Source of the DNA: an uncultured Ectothiorhodospiraceae bacterium
Lineage (GTDB): Bacteria > Pseudomonadota > Gammaproteobacteria > UBA6429 > Thiohalophilaceae
Reading direction: 5' to 3'
Length of the DNA stretch: 64,000 bases
Assembly: GCA_947259575.1 (NCBI GenBank)
Contig: CAMYMU010000037.1
Span: 1-64,000, forward strand
The notes beneath the pieces are model-generated. The model made no database searches, was not told the DNA's origin, and saw only the letters and a list, made by a program, of their open reading frames with translations. Of this stretch, positions 1-9,377 are shown one piece after another (positions within the stretch are counted from its first letter, which is position 1; every line of letters starts with the position of its first letter). The translations under genes and the position numbers were made by a program.

Positions 1-863
1 AACCAATCGTCATAGACCACACCAAAGTTTTCCAGGTCATCACGGATGTCGTCGAGAATGTAATTGAGGCCCAGGTCAAACACCAACCGATATTGATCTG
101 GATGGAGCAGCGATTTCATTTTATTGATGACGGCATCTATATATTGTTCTTTGTCACCCTCTGGGGCGTCGGCGGGTAAGTCCTTACTTACCTCAGACCA
201 GGGATGATGCATCTTATCGTCATTCTCACGGCGTAAGGTTGCAGCAATATCCTGTACGTAATCACCCTTGTAGCCATTGGTTGGGAATGGAAACGCTTCA
301 CCACCCAGCTCCAGATAACGTAACCAGACACTGGCGGCGAGAATGTTCATCTGCCGGCCAGCATCATTCACATAGTATTCACAATGCACTTTATAGCCTA
401 TGGCCTTGAGTAAATTCGCCACAGCCGCACCATAAGCTGCGCCCCGACCATGCCCGACATGCAAAGGCCCGGTAGGGTTTGCCGAAACAAATTCAATCTG
501 GATAGACTTGTCCTTACCAATCTGACAACGCCCAAAATTTTCACCTGCGCTAAGCACATCGGATATCACAGAAAACTGTGCATCGGCCTTGAGATAAAAA
601 TTAATAAAACCCGGCCCAGCGATCTCAACCTTATCGATCACGTCAGTAACAGGTAAATTGGCAACGATCGTCTCAGCAATATCACGAGGCTTCATCTTCG
701 CCGGCTTAGCCAGCGTCATCGCCAGGTTCGAAGCAAAATCACCATGCGACTTATCACGAGCATGATCGACCTGGATTTTCGGTTCGATGTCATCAGGCAA
801 TGAACCTGCTTGCTGGCAAGCCGAAATAGCCTGTTGAAGTGCGTCTGCGATGATCTCTTTCAT
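1..863 (-). CDS. argS: Arginine--tRNA ligase, N-terminal ~287 aa. Start ATG at 863; the C-terminus runs off the window start.
   Basis: Reverse-strand translation begins MKEIIADALQQAISACQQAG and contains ANPTGPLHVGHGRGAAYG, the class I HIGH motif in the ArgS-specific context. The open frame continues to position 1. Confidence 0.9.
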   Translation of the reverse strand, partial: MKEIIADALQQAISACQQAGSLPDDIEPKIQVDHARDKSHGDFASNLAMTLAKPAKMKPRDIAETIVANLPVTDVIDKVEIAGPGFINFYLKADAQFSVISDVLSAGENFGRCQIGKDKSIQIEFVSANPTGPLHVGHGRGAAYGAAVANLLKAIGYKVHCEYYVNDAGRQMNILAASVWLRYLELGGEAFPFPTNGYKGDYVQDIAATLRRENDDKMHHPWSEVSKDLPADAPEGDKEQYIDAVINKMKSLLHPDQYRLVFDLGLNYILDDIRDDLENFGVVYDDW

Positions 864-1640
864 GGGGTGCTTTTAGTGATTTAACCGGGTTTGTTAAAGG
901 GGCGATATTATCAGGGGTGGGTGGTTTTTCCACAAGTTTGATTTGTGATCCACCCTGTAGAGGGGGGGATTTAGACTTAAAAGCTTTCGCCCGCCACTGC
1001 GTGGCTGTGGCGAGGTACTTTTCTTTGCTTGTCATGAGTGTTTTTTCGCTCTCGCCGAGAGCGACCTACTTTCTTGTATCGACAAGAAAGTAGGCAAAGA
1101 AGCTCTTCCCCTGCGCTTGCCATCCATTCGAGTCTTATTGGCTTACTCAGTGAAACTTTGTGATTCGCCTTCCTTGGCTCATCACAAAGGCTCGGCTTCC
1201 CTGCCTCGCCCCATTCGGGTTTCACTTCCGCTTAGCCAAACGCCTCTCATGGCGCGCAAGGGGATTATCCAGTTAGCTATTATATTGAAATAATACACAT
1301 CTTTATCTCTGCTCTAGGTGTGAGCAAAGCTCCCCCATGTGCGGGTGCGTGTGTTTTTGTGGCTTTTGTGAAAAAAAATAGCGCGAGCCAGGGAAGGCGA
1401 GCCCGGTTTTGTTGAGCAGGGAGGCGAATCAAAACCGGACAAGGCAAAAGACAATAAAACTCACAGATTACACCCGCAACGGGGGTGTCGTTTCTTTTGG
1501 ATACTTTTCTTTGGACAAGCAAAGAAAAGCATCTCGCTTCAGCGAAGCGAAATAAAAGTAAAATCATAACCCTGGATTCCGGCTCGTTGGCCGGAATGAC
1601 GATAAGCGTAAGCGAAGCGAAGCGAAATAAAAATATAAAA

Positions 1641-1668
1641 AGCAAAAAAAAGCCCCCTTTCGGGGGCT
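1641..1668 (-). terminator. Rho-independent terminator for the flotillin gene; reads as a hairpin plus T-run on both strands.
   Basis: GCCCCC-TTT-CGGGGGC hairpin (1652-1667). It is flanked by an A8 run upstream (plus strand) and a T-rich stretch downstream. It lies directly 3' of the minus-strand stop at 1675-1677. Confidence 0.6.
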
Positions 1669-1674
1669 TTAAGT

Positions 1675-3339
1675 CTATTTTTGTTTAGTCTGCATCCCTT
1701 TCATACTTTCTATGAGATTAGATGCACCGAGTACCGCGGCGGCGCCTTCGAATCCACTACCGGTTCCGGTGACGAGTACGGTTGGGATCTTAACGATTCC
1801 TGGATTTTTCACTGCGGCGGCGAGTGACATCTCAAGTGCCTGCAGTTGCATGGCGCGGTCTTTACCTAGCACGTTGGCTTGTGCCTGCTGACCTTTGGCT
1901 ATCTCGATCAGTTTGAGTTTTTCACCTTCACCTTCGAGTTTTAGTTGCTGCTTTTTAAATGCGGCCGCTTTCTTGGCGATCTCGGCCCTTACCAGTTGTG
2001 CCTGTTGGTCAGCGGTTGCGCGTTCTCTCTCTACAGAGATACGTTGTTTCTGCGCTTCCTGTTCACGGATGTAGGTTTCTTTTAATTGCGACGCGAGCTG
2101 TTCACGCAGGGTTGCGACTAACAACTCAGGCGGAATCGCGGGTTCACCCATATGCACTTCTTGCACCGAGACACCAGCCTTGGCGGCGATTTTGGAAATT
2201 TCGTCAAGCACTAGCTGATTAATTTCTTCACGCTTCTCTATAAAGTCCAGTACTTTACGATCAGGATGTCCACCGATGGTTCGGAAAATATTTCGAATTG
2301 CGGGTGTAATGATTTTATCTTCAACCTTTTGCAGGTCACCAACTGAGGCAACAACCAGAGGCGCATTCTCAGGATTGACCTGTACGACGATGCGAACATC
2401 GACGGGCACAGTCCAGCCTTCGACTCGCACAATAATAGCTCGATCAGCAGCTGACTCAGGTGTTATCTCCTGTTTGGCGGATTCGACCTGTTGAATCTTG
2501 CCGTTGTCATCCACGCTTAAATCAATCTGGCGTTTGGTATAACCACCTTTATATGACCAGGTCTGAATTCGTGTTGGAATGATGGTGGCTTCATAGGCCT
2601 CACGGTTTAAGTAGTAGGCCTGCGGATTTAGCGGCTCAGCGTGCACACCTTTACAGCCCGTTGGTACAATAACAGCAGTTACCTGATCAGCATCTTTTGC
2701 CTGGACACTGTCATCAGGACAATCGGATCTTTCCTGAACTTTTGAACGTATCACCGCAACGTGTCCGGTTGGTACATCCAGAGCCTTGGCAACTTTTACC
2801 TTGAACAGGTAATTGTTGATACGATATTTACCTGGGCGAAGTACTTGTAACTGAGGGCCCTTCTGGCCTTTACCTTCTGTTAGAAAGTATTTTGCATCCA
2901 GCATTTGCTGGGTTTTGCCCGCTGGCCAGGGATCGGCGATAAACTGATTTTCTCGCATTGGCAGTCCGTCTTGCGCAGTTAGGATGCCATAATGTCCTTC
3001 TGGAATAAGTACCACCGGTGCATATTCGATTACATTCAGGACCCGAATGAAGGGACGAAAATGAAAACCAGGCCCTAGGATCTCAGCCTGGGGTCCTTTT
3101 TCTCCATTGGCAGCAATAATTCGTCCTGGTGGAAGACTGGAGGCAAGAAACTTTCGCTTCATCAAACCAATTTCGTCGGCATCGATGATGACATACGAAG
3201 GCAGGGTGAGAAAAAATAATACCCCAAGAAATAATGTTGCTTGAATGGCACGAGTCACAAGACCGGACTCACGAATCGGGTTTTTGAATAGATACAAAAA
3301 AACACCGAGTAATACAATCGCAATAACTAGATAAAGCAT
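1675..3339 (-). CDS. Flotillin-like SPFH/band-7 protein (YqiK-like), 554 aa.
   Basis: N-terminal TM segment, then an SPFH-like region, then a long Ala/Gln/Glu-rich coiled-coil C-terminus (EQEAQKQRISVERERATADQQAQLVRAEIAKK) typical of bacterial flotillins. ATG start preceded by GGAAGGA. Confidence 0.75.
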   Translation of the reverse strand: MLYLVIAIVLLGVFLYLFKNPIRESGLVTRAIQATLFLGVLFFLTLPSYVIIDADEIGLMKRKFLASSLPPGRIIAANGEKGPQAEILGPGFHFRPFIRVLNVIEYAPVVLIPEGHYGILTAQDGLPMRENQFIADPWPAGKTQQMLDAKYFLTEGKGQKGPQLQVLRPGKYRINNYLFKVKVAKALDVPTGHVAVIRSKVQERSDCPDDSVQAKDADQVTAVIVPTGCKGVHAEPLNPQAYYLNREAYEATIIPTRIQTWSYKGGYTKRQIDLSVDDNGKIQQVESAKQEITPESAADRAIIVRVEGWTVPVDVRIVVQVNPENAPLVVASVGDLQKVEDKIITPAIRNIFRTIGGHPDRKVLDFIEKREEINQLVLDEISKIAAKAGVSVQEVHMGEPAIPPELLVATLREQLASQLKETYIREQEAQKQRISVERERATADQQAQLVRAEIAKKAAAFKKQQLKLEGEGEKLKLIEIAKGQQAQANVLGKDRAMQLQALEMSLAAAVKNPGIVKIPTVLVTGTGSGFEGAAAVLGASNLIESMKGMQTKQK

Positions 3340-3515
3340 ATCCTGTTCCTTCCCGTAGGTGCTACAGAGCTAAGTGAATTAAAACGTTCAAATTTTATTT
3401 GGGGGTTAAAACGTACTTTTATTATTGTTTAATTTATTGTTTTTAATTTATTTTTGTGGGCTTCTAGCTGTTTATCGTTTTTTTATATTGGGCCCGCTTG
3501 ATGCTTTATATCATA

Positions 3516-5729
3516 TTAATAAGTATCGATAGGGTCCACATCTATCGACCATCTGACCTTGTTACTTTTGATGTTGTCGGCAATCGGTAGTCCCTGTGAT
3601 AAAAACTGCTGTAGGGCCGGCCGGGTCGCGGCCGTTACAATCAGCTGGGTCCGAAAACGTCCTGCCCGTTTTTCCATAGGCGCCGGTAGGGGGCCGAATA
3701 GCTGGATTTGTTGGCTAGCCAGGGGGCGAAGTTGCTCGCTAACCTGGCGAAGAAAATCAAGCGGTGCCTGTCGATCGACGGCCTCGGCTCTGAAAATAGC
3801 CATAGCTGTGAAAGGTGGTAAACCTGTTTCCTCTCGCTCTGCGAGTAATACCCGGGCAAATTCAGGGTAGCCATTGTGGATCAGCGTCAGCAGCTGCATG
3901 TGGTCAGGGTGATGAGTCTGGATATAGACCTCACCGGGTCGCTCGGCGCGGCCGGCCCTTCCAGCCACTTGCAGAATGAGTTGGGCCATCCGCTCCGGGG
4001 CGCGAAATTCAGGACTGTGCAGGCCTTGATCGGCATCGACGATGCCGACCATGGTGACGTTAGGGAAGTGATGCCCTTTAGCGAGCATTTGAGTGCCGAT
4101 CAAAATTTGGCGTCGACCATCTTTTACTTTTTCGAGTAATGCCTCGAGGCTGCCTTTGCGACGAGTGGTATCGCGATCAATACGTATCACCTCTACATCC
4201 GGATAACGTTCTTTTAACGCGGCTTCGATTCGCTCGGTACCAGCACCGAGATTGATCAGGTTCTTGCTCTGACAGCTTGGACAACTGTGTTCCGCAGGTC
4301 TTTCTGATCCACAGTGGTGGCAGCGCAGACGTCGGTCCAGTTGGTGATAGGTCATATGAGTGTCGCAACGCTGGCAATGTGCAATCCAGCCACAGTCGTG
4401 GCACATCAGGGTCGGCGAGAAGCCACGTCTATTTAAAAACAACAGGACTTGTTGATCCTTATCCAGGTGCTGGCGCATGACCTGGTGCAGGCGATCGGAT
4501 AACCCCTCTTCGATGGGCTGGCTGCGCATGTCGAGTAAGTGCAGCGTGGGTGGGATAGCCCCACCGGCACGTTCCTGCAAGGTTAATAATTGATAGCGCT
4601 CGCGTTGAACATTACTCAGGCTTTCTAACGACGGTGTTGCTGAGCCGAGCACGATCGGGATCTGGTTTTGGTGAGCACGCCAGATGGCCAGGTCGCGTGC
4701 AGAATAACGAAAGCCATCCTGTTGCTTAAAAGAGGCATCGTGTTCTTCGTCGATTATGATCAAACCTGGTTTGGCTAATGGAGTGAAGATGGCTGAGCGG
4801 GTGCCGAGGATGACATCGAGCTTGCCATCACGTGCGGCGAGCCAGGTGAGGGTGCGCTCACTATCACTCAGCCCTGAGTGCAACACCCCGACCTGGCAGG
4901 CAAGGCGCTGCTGAAAACGTTGGATCATCTGCGGCGTCAGGCCAATCTCGGGGATCAACACCAGGGCCTGTTCACCCCTTGCGACGCAGGCTTGAATGCA
5001 TTGCAGGTAGACCTCGGTCTTACCCGAACCGGTAACACCCTCTAATAAAAAAGCATCATAGTGACCGAGCCGATCAATAATCTTGCTGACAGCCAGTTGC
5101 TGTTCTTCATGTAATTCAGGTCCCGACTCTGAGCTGGTATTTTCATGTGGCTCATAACCTGCAGTCTGGTGGGCGCAGATGAGTTGTTTTTCCTGCAGTC
5201 GTTTTAGAGCATCGTGACAGCCAGGGCATTGTTCTTTTAAGCTTTGATCTTCTATAGCTGCTTCGTCTGCCTGTGATGGGTGATTTCGAAGTAGTTCGAT
5301 AATCGCCTGCTGACGTGGGGCACGTTTCAATTCATCCAGTTCTATAGACTGACCTTCATCGGTCAGCGACCAGCAGGTTTGACTTGGGTACTTAGCAGGT
5401 TTCCCCTGTCGAAGCAGGGCTGGCATAGCGGTACTGAGCACCTCCCCCAGCGGGTGCTGATAGTACTGAGCAGCCCAGTTTAGCATTTTCCACAATTCCT
5501 CAGGCCAGAGATTATGTTCGTCCAGCAGCTCATCGATAGCCTTTAACTTTGCCGTTGGCGCAGTGTTACTGGCGCTGATCGCAGCGATTACTCCCAGCAT
5601 GTGGCGTCGCCCAAACGTGACTTTTACCCGTGCGCCGATCTGTTTTTCAGATAGTTCTTGCTCGCTTGTGTAAGTAAAAAGTTTGCGCAGGGGAGTGGCA
5701 ACAGCGATTTGCAGGTAACTTTTTGGCAT
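3516..5729 (-). CDS. priA: Primosomal protein N' (replication restart helicase PriA), 737 aa.
   Basis: Walker A GVTGSGKT, a DEEH box (IIIDEEHDASFKQQ), the C-terminal Cys cluster CHDCGW...CQRCD...CHHCG...CPSC (PriA zinc-binding domain), and overall length. Confidence 0.9.
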   Translation of the reverse strand: MPKSYLQIAVATPLRKLFTYTSEQELSEKQIGARVKVTFGRRHMLGVIAAISASNTAPTAKLKAIDELLDEHNLWPEELWKMLNWAAQYYQHPLGEVLSTAMPALLRQGKPAKYPSQTCWSLTDEGQSIELDELKRAPRQQAIIELLRNHPSQADEAAIEDQSLKEQCPGCHDALKRLQEKQLICAHQTAGYEPHENTSSESGPELHEEQQLAVSKIIDRLGHYDAFLLEGVTGSGKTEVYLQCIQACVARGEQALVLIPEIGLTPQMIQRFQQRLACQVGVLHSGLSDSERTLTWLAARDGKLDVILGTRSAIFTPLAKPGLIIIDEEHDASFKQQDGFRYSARDLAIWRAHQNQIPIVLGSATPSLESLSNVQRERYQLLTLQERAGGAIPPTLHLLDMRSQPIEEGLSDRLHQVMRQHLDKDQQVLLFLNRRGFSPTLMCHDCGWIAHCQRCDTHMTYHQLDRRLRCHHCGSERPAEHSCPSCQSKNLINLGAGTERIEAALKERYPDVEVIRIDRDTTRRKGSLEALLEKVKDGRRQILIGTQMLAKGHHFPNVTMVGIVDADQGLHSPEFRAPERMAQLILQVAGRAGRAERPGEVYIQTHHPDHMQLLTLIHNGYPEFARVLLAEREETGLPPFTAMAIFRAEAVDRQAPLDFLRQVSEQLRPLASQQIQLFGPLPAPMEKRAGRFRTQLIVTAATRPALQQFLSQGLPIADNIKSNKVRWSIDVDPIDTY

Positions 5730-5892
5730 CAGGCTAGAGTATCAAACTGGGGGATCAAATTGGGGCAGTGCATGCTGTGTTTGGATAAGTGTGTGGTTAT
5801 TTAAAAAGCTGAACGCCCATATTTAGCCTGAATGCTTAAAACCCTTTCTCGGGTATTTGGGCTAAGTGCTTGTCGCTAAATGAGAATGTTTG

Positions 5893-5927
5893 TTATCCAC
5901 AATATCTGTGGATAACTATGTGGATGA
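5893..5927. promoter_or_regulatory. Cluster of three DnaA boxes: TTATCCACA (5893-5901), TGTGGATAA (5907-5915) and TGTGGATGA (5919-5927).
   Basis: Perfect consensus R-box and its inverted copy 5 bp apart, plus a third near-consensus box. They sit in the AT-rich 480-bp spacer just upstream of the priA start. Confidence 0.5.
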
Positions 5928-6209
5928 ATTGTTGTAATCAGCGTTAATGCGGCACCAATGTTACATCTTTATTAAAATGTTTAAAAATTAAACTTGCAAA
6001 ATAATGCATATTAATCAATAGGTTATATTATTTTTTATGATCAAATTGAGTCAAACGCGTGGTTAAGCAGAGTCTTTGCAATAGTGCTAGATCGGCTGTG
6101 TATAAATCAGGGTTCCCTGATATTTGTCTCGGAAAATTTTTAAAAATGTCAACGTTTTTATTTGTGTGGGTAAGTGAGATATAAGTCCATGATAAGTGCT
6201 TTTGATGCG

Positions 6210-6764
6210 CTAATCTGACAGCCCGGGAGCCGGTAATCCATCAATACTCACGGCATTTTTTTTCTGCTGATAGTCCTTGAGTTTGTCTGGGCCTTTTTTT
6301 GACGCCCAGTGAGGTAGTTGTTCTCGTTGAGATTGGAATTGCATAAGTGGGACCCCAAAGCCACATGATGTTTGCACCCGGCTGACGGCCAATTTAAATA
6401 TTTGGCGTACGCCCGGTAGCGTTTCATCGAACAGGGACCGATATTGTGTCCAGTTTTGATCTTCCGTACGAATCACATCACCTTTGCCAAACAGGCGCAG
6501 AATGCGAGGTTCATTTTCGAAGGCACAAAACATGACCGTGAGGCGTCCGTTTTGTTGCAGGTGTGCTGCCGTTTCATTTCCGCTGCCAACCAGGTCCAGT
6601 ATCACCACCTCGTTATCACCGGTGATCCGAAAACTATCCAGTCCCCTTGGCGAAAGGTTGATATGGCTCTCCGCCTCTAATGGTGCTGAGGCCAAAAAGT
6701 ACATTGGTTGCTTTTCAATCCAGTCCTTGAAGTCCTGGCTAATTTTGGGGTGTGTCTTTGCCAT
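6210..6764 (-). CDS. Pyridoxamine 5'-phosphate oxidase-like FMN-binding family protein, 184 aa.
   Basis: Size and overall pattern of the PNPOx-like split-barrel family (recognition by sequence pattern only). Clean ATG start. Confidence 0.55.
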   Translation of the reverse strand: MAKTHPKISQDFKDWIEKQPMYFLASAPLEAESHINLSPRGLDSFRITGDNEVVILDLVGSGNETAAHLQQNGRLTVMFCAFENEPRILRLFGKGDVIRTEDQNWTQYRSLFDETLPGVRQIFKLAVSRVQTSCGFGVPLMQFQSQREQLPHWASKKGPDKLKDYQQKKNAVSIDGLPAPGLSD

Positions 6765-6850
6765 GGCTTATTTAAACATATCGACTCGAAATTGTGTTCT
6801 TCATTTCAATCGAATTTAGACAGTGTTAGATTTAAATTAAGTTAAGGATC

Positions 6851-7750
6851 ATGTTTGGTGCACTCATGAATAAACAGGATATTGAGTCAGCGATAAGTGC
6901 CGCAACTGGCGAAGTATTTGTAATCGATACTCAGAGCCATGTAGGTGGTGGCGATATTAATACCGCAATGAAACTCAGCGGTGTTGGGCATAAAGATTAT
7001 TTTCTTAAGTTAAACAGCGCCAGTCTACTCGATATGTTCGAAGCGGAAGCGGCAGGACTAGCAGATATGGCTGCAGCAGGAGCTGTGCGTGTTCCTGAAC
7101 CGGTATGCACCGGCGTAACTGATTCGCAGGCCTTCATTGTTATTGAGTATCTTGAGATGGGGGGCAGAGGGTCAATGTCTGAATTTGCAGAGCAACTCGC
7201 GCAAATGCACAGGCATACCTATAACCAGGCTCAGTACGGTTGGCACAGGGACAATACGATTGGTTCGACCCCTCAGATTAACGACTGGATGGATAACTGG
7301 ATCGACTTCTGGTCGGAGCATCGTCTGGGTTACCAACTCGAGCTGGCTTCAAGGCGTGGTATTGCTTCCTCTGCTATCAACAAAGGCGAGAGGTTACGCG
7401 AGAGACTGAGCGACTTTTTTACTGGCTATCAACCGGAAGCGTCTTTATTGCATGGTGATCTCTGGTCGGGCAACTATGGTTTTGTTCGTAGCGGTGAGCC
7501 GGTAATTTATGATCCTGCGACTTACTATGGTGATCGGGAAGCCGACCTGGCAATGACTGAATTGTTTGGCGGATTCGGTGGAGAATTTTATGCGGCATAT
7601 AAGGCCAGTTGGCCACTCGATGAAGGATATGCGGTGCGTAAAACGCTATACAACGCCTATCATATCCTTAACCACTTCAATATGTTTGGTGGCGGCTACG
7701 GTAGCCAGGCCGAGTCGATGATGGCTCGATGTCTGGCTGAAGTTGGTTAA
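6851..7750 (+). CDS. Fructosamine/ketosamine-3-kinase family protein (YniA-like), 299 aa.
   Basis: Kinase-like motifs HGDLWSGN and the YDPATYYGDREADLAMT region characteristic of the fructosamine kinase family. RBS AAGGAT precedes the ATG. Confidence 0.75.
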   Translation: MFGALMNKQDIESAISAATGEVFVIDTQSHVGGGDINTAMKLSGVGHKDYFLKLNSASLLDMFEAEAAGLADMAAAGAVRVPEPVCTGVTDSQAFIVIEYLEMGGRGSMSEFAEQLAQMHRHTYNQAQYGWHRDNTIGSTPQINDWMDNWIDFWSEHRLGYQLELASRRGIASSAINKGERLRERLSDFFTGYQPEASLLHGDLWSGNYGFVRSGEPVIYDPATYYGDREADLAMTELFGGFGGEFYAAYKASWPLDEGYAVRKTLYNAYHILNHFNMFGGGYGSQAESMMARCLAEVG

Positions 7751-7766
7751 TAACCAGATTTCTTAG

Positions 7767-7889
7767 CTATCGGCGATGCTTGTCGTTTACCTCGATGGTC
7801 TTGCGGACCATATATCGCATCAGGGCGATGGGTAAGACGACAAACAGTAGCAGAACCAGGGCCCATTTTGCTGCGGTAATTCCTAACAT
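7767..7889 (-). CDS. Small membrane protein (~40 aa; possible upstream start at 7949).
   Basis: Internal ATG preceded by GAGGGA at a 7-nt spacing. The product MLGITAAKWALVLLLFVVLPIALMRYMVRKTIEVNDKHRR is a single TM helix with a basic tail. Confidence 0.3.
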   Translation of the reverse strand: MLGITAAKWALVLLLFVVLPIALMRYMVRKTIEVNDKHRR

Positions 7890-7970
7890 ACCTATTCCCT
7901 CTGTATCCAAATTAGTGTTCGACGAGTTTCTTCCTCTTACTATATTCATCGTTCAATCTCGGAAAAAGTT

Positions 7971-7997
7971 GAGGCCGGCAAGGCCGGCCTCTTTTCC
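7971..7997. terminator. Bidirectional rho-independent terminator.
   Basis: GAGGCCGG-CAAGG-CCGGCCTC perfect 8-bp stem. TTTTCC follows on plus and AACTTTTTCC on minus. It lies directly 3' of the 58-aa minus-strand ORF. Confidence 0.55.
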
Positions 7998-8028
7998 TGT
8001 TATACAGGCATGGCTGTGGGGGGAGTAA

Positions 8029-8205
8029 TTAGCTAAAACACTCTTCTTCCGTGCAGGCGATCTCGCTGCCTGCAGCTTGAGCAATACGCATCAGGGAGAG
8101 GTAGGTTTTCGCCTCTGTGCGAGAATCCATTGGACCGACCCGTCCCTGTGAAGTTTCAACAAACCAGCCCTGGCCTGTTTGCACTACTTTTGCATCGCTA
8201 CTCAT
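8029..8205 (-). CDS. Small hypothetical protein, 58 aa (below the 60-aa cutoff of the ORF track).
   Basis: ATG with GGAGG 9 nt upstream. Product MSSDAKVVQTGQGWFVETSQGRVGPMDSRTEAKTYLSLMRIAQAAGSEIACTEEECFS. Followed by the 7971-7997 terminator. Confidence 0.45.
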   Translation of the reverse strand: MSSDAKVVQTGQGWFVETSQGRVGPMDSRTEAKTYLSLMRIAQAAGSEIACTEEECFS

Positions 8206-8493
8206 CGTTATTTACCTCCATAATCTTTTGGAGTACTAAATTGTGTATTTGTTATTTTCTTATACGAATAGTCGGCAGAATTTTAGTGAGGTTAACAAAA
8301 AAAAGTGTGATATTGAGGTAAAGAACCACTAACATGCATAATAACACTTGAATAATATTAATATTACCCACATATATCCAATATATGCCGAGTTTTAGCA
8401 TTAAATATCCCATACTAGAGGTATTATATTTTCAATTTTGAGTTTTATCTGAATAATTACAAAATGTTATAAATGTGGATAGATATTTGTATA

Positions 8494-9261
8494 TTAAGCG
8501 TCTTTTTTGGAGATAAGTGGTTCCATTGCCCTCAATAAACTCTTAAATAGCTGTTTATTGTGGGATTCCTCTTCAGCTAACAGCTGTTTCATGTGCTCGC
8601 GTTGGGTGGGCATGCCGAAGCAGGCGGGGCAGGAATCGGGAACAACAGGCAGTTTTGCCTGGTTTGCATAGTCCCGGGTCTGTCGTTCTCGGGCATAGAC
8701 TAGGGGGCGGATGATGCGGATATCGCCGTCCTTGTTGGTGTAGTTGGCCTTCATGGTTCGTAGCTGGCCACCATGGAAGGCAGACATTAGAAAGCTCTCA
8801 GCCAGGTCATCCAGGTGCTGGGCCAGGGCCAGGACGTTGTAGCTCTCCCGGCGCAGGGTGGTGTACATAATGCCGCGTTTGATGCGTGAGCAAAATGAGC
8901 AAAACGAGTCCTTTTGCATGTGCTCCTTGGCCTGCTCCTCTATGGGTTGGGACTCAAAAAAATAGGGTATGCCAAGCTCGGCCAGGTGTGGTTTGAGGTT
9001 TTCTGGGTGAAAACCCTCGATCATCGGGTCCACGGTCAGGGCGGCCAGCTCAAATTTGACTGGGGCATAGCTCTGCAGGTGTCGCAGGATATGTAGCAGT
9101 GAGAGTGAGTCCTTACCTCCGGATAGGCCCAGCATGATGCGATCTCCATCATGGATCATGTCGTGATCGACCAGGGCACGGCCGATGACGCGCATCAGGC
9201 TTTTAGGTGGTTTACTGTCATGATGTGGTCTGGGAGTTAGGTTTTCTGCGTGCATTGGCAT
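8494..9261 (-). CDS. ttcA: tRNA 2-thiocytidine(32) synthetase TtcA, 255 aa.
   Basis: PP-loop SGGKDS plus the CSFCSR and CPAC cysteine pairs. Collinear with E. coli TtcA (DGDRIMLGLSGGKDS). Confidence 0.85.
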   Translation of the reverse strand: MPMHAENLTPRPHHDSKPPKSLMRVIGRALVDHDMIHDGDRIMLGLSGGKDSLSLLHILRHLQSYAPVKFELAALTVDPMIEGFHPENLKPHLAELGIPYFFESQPIEEQAKEHMQKDSFCSFCSRIKRGIMYTTLRRESYNVLALAQHLDDLAESFLMSAFHGGQLRTMKANYTNKDGDIRIIRPLVYARERQTRDYANQAKLPVVPDSCPACFGMPTQREHMKQLLAEEESHNKQLFKSLLRAMEPLISKKDA

Positions 9262-9377
9262 ATAGTATCAGCCAGACCCCACTACGCAAGGTAGTGCAGG
9301 TAACCCCCAAATAGAAAACAGACGTTTACAAGGTGTTAGAGAACGTCGCTATAAACAAAACAAGAGAGGGAAATTTC

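Noticed and set aside
977-1645. ORFs 977-1225(-), 1280-1645(-) and 1485-1688(+) in the argS upstream spacer.
   Set aside because: Low-complexity or basic products. They overlap hairpins and repeats and have no RBS. The region is treated as non-coding.
5730-6210. Possibility that the DnaA-box region is oriC.
   Set aside because: No dnaA/gidA/mioC context. Only three GATC sites and no AT-rich 13-mer array. Flanked by priA and an unrelated gene.
8476-8484. Single DnaA-like box TGTGGATAG upstream of ttcA.
   Set aside because: Isolated site with one mismatch. Expected by chance in AT-rich DNA.
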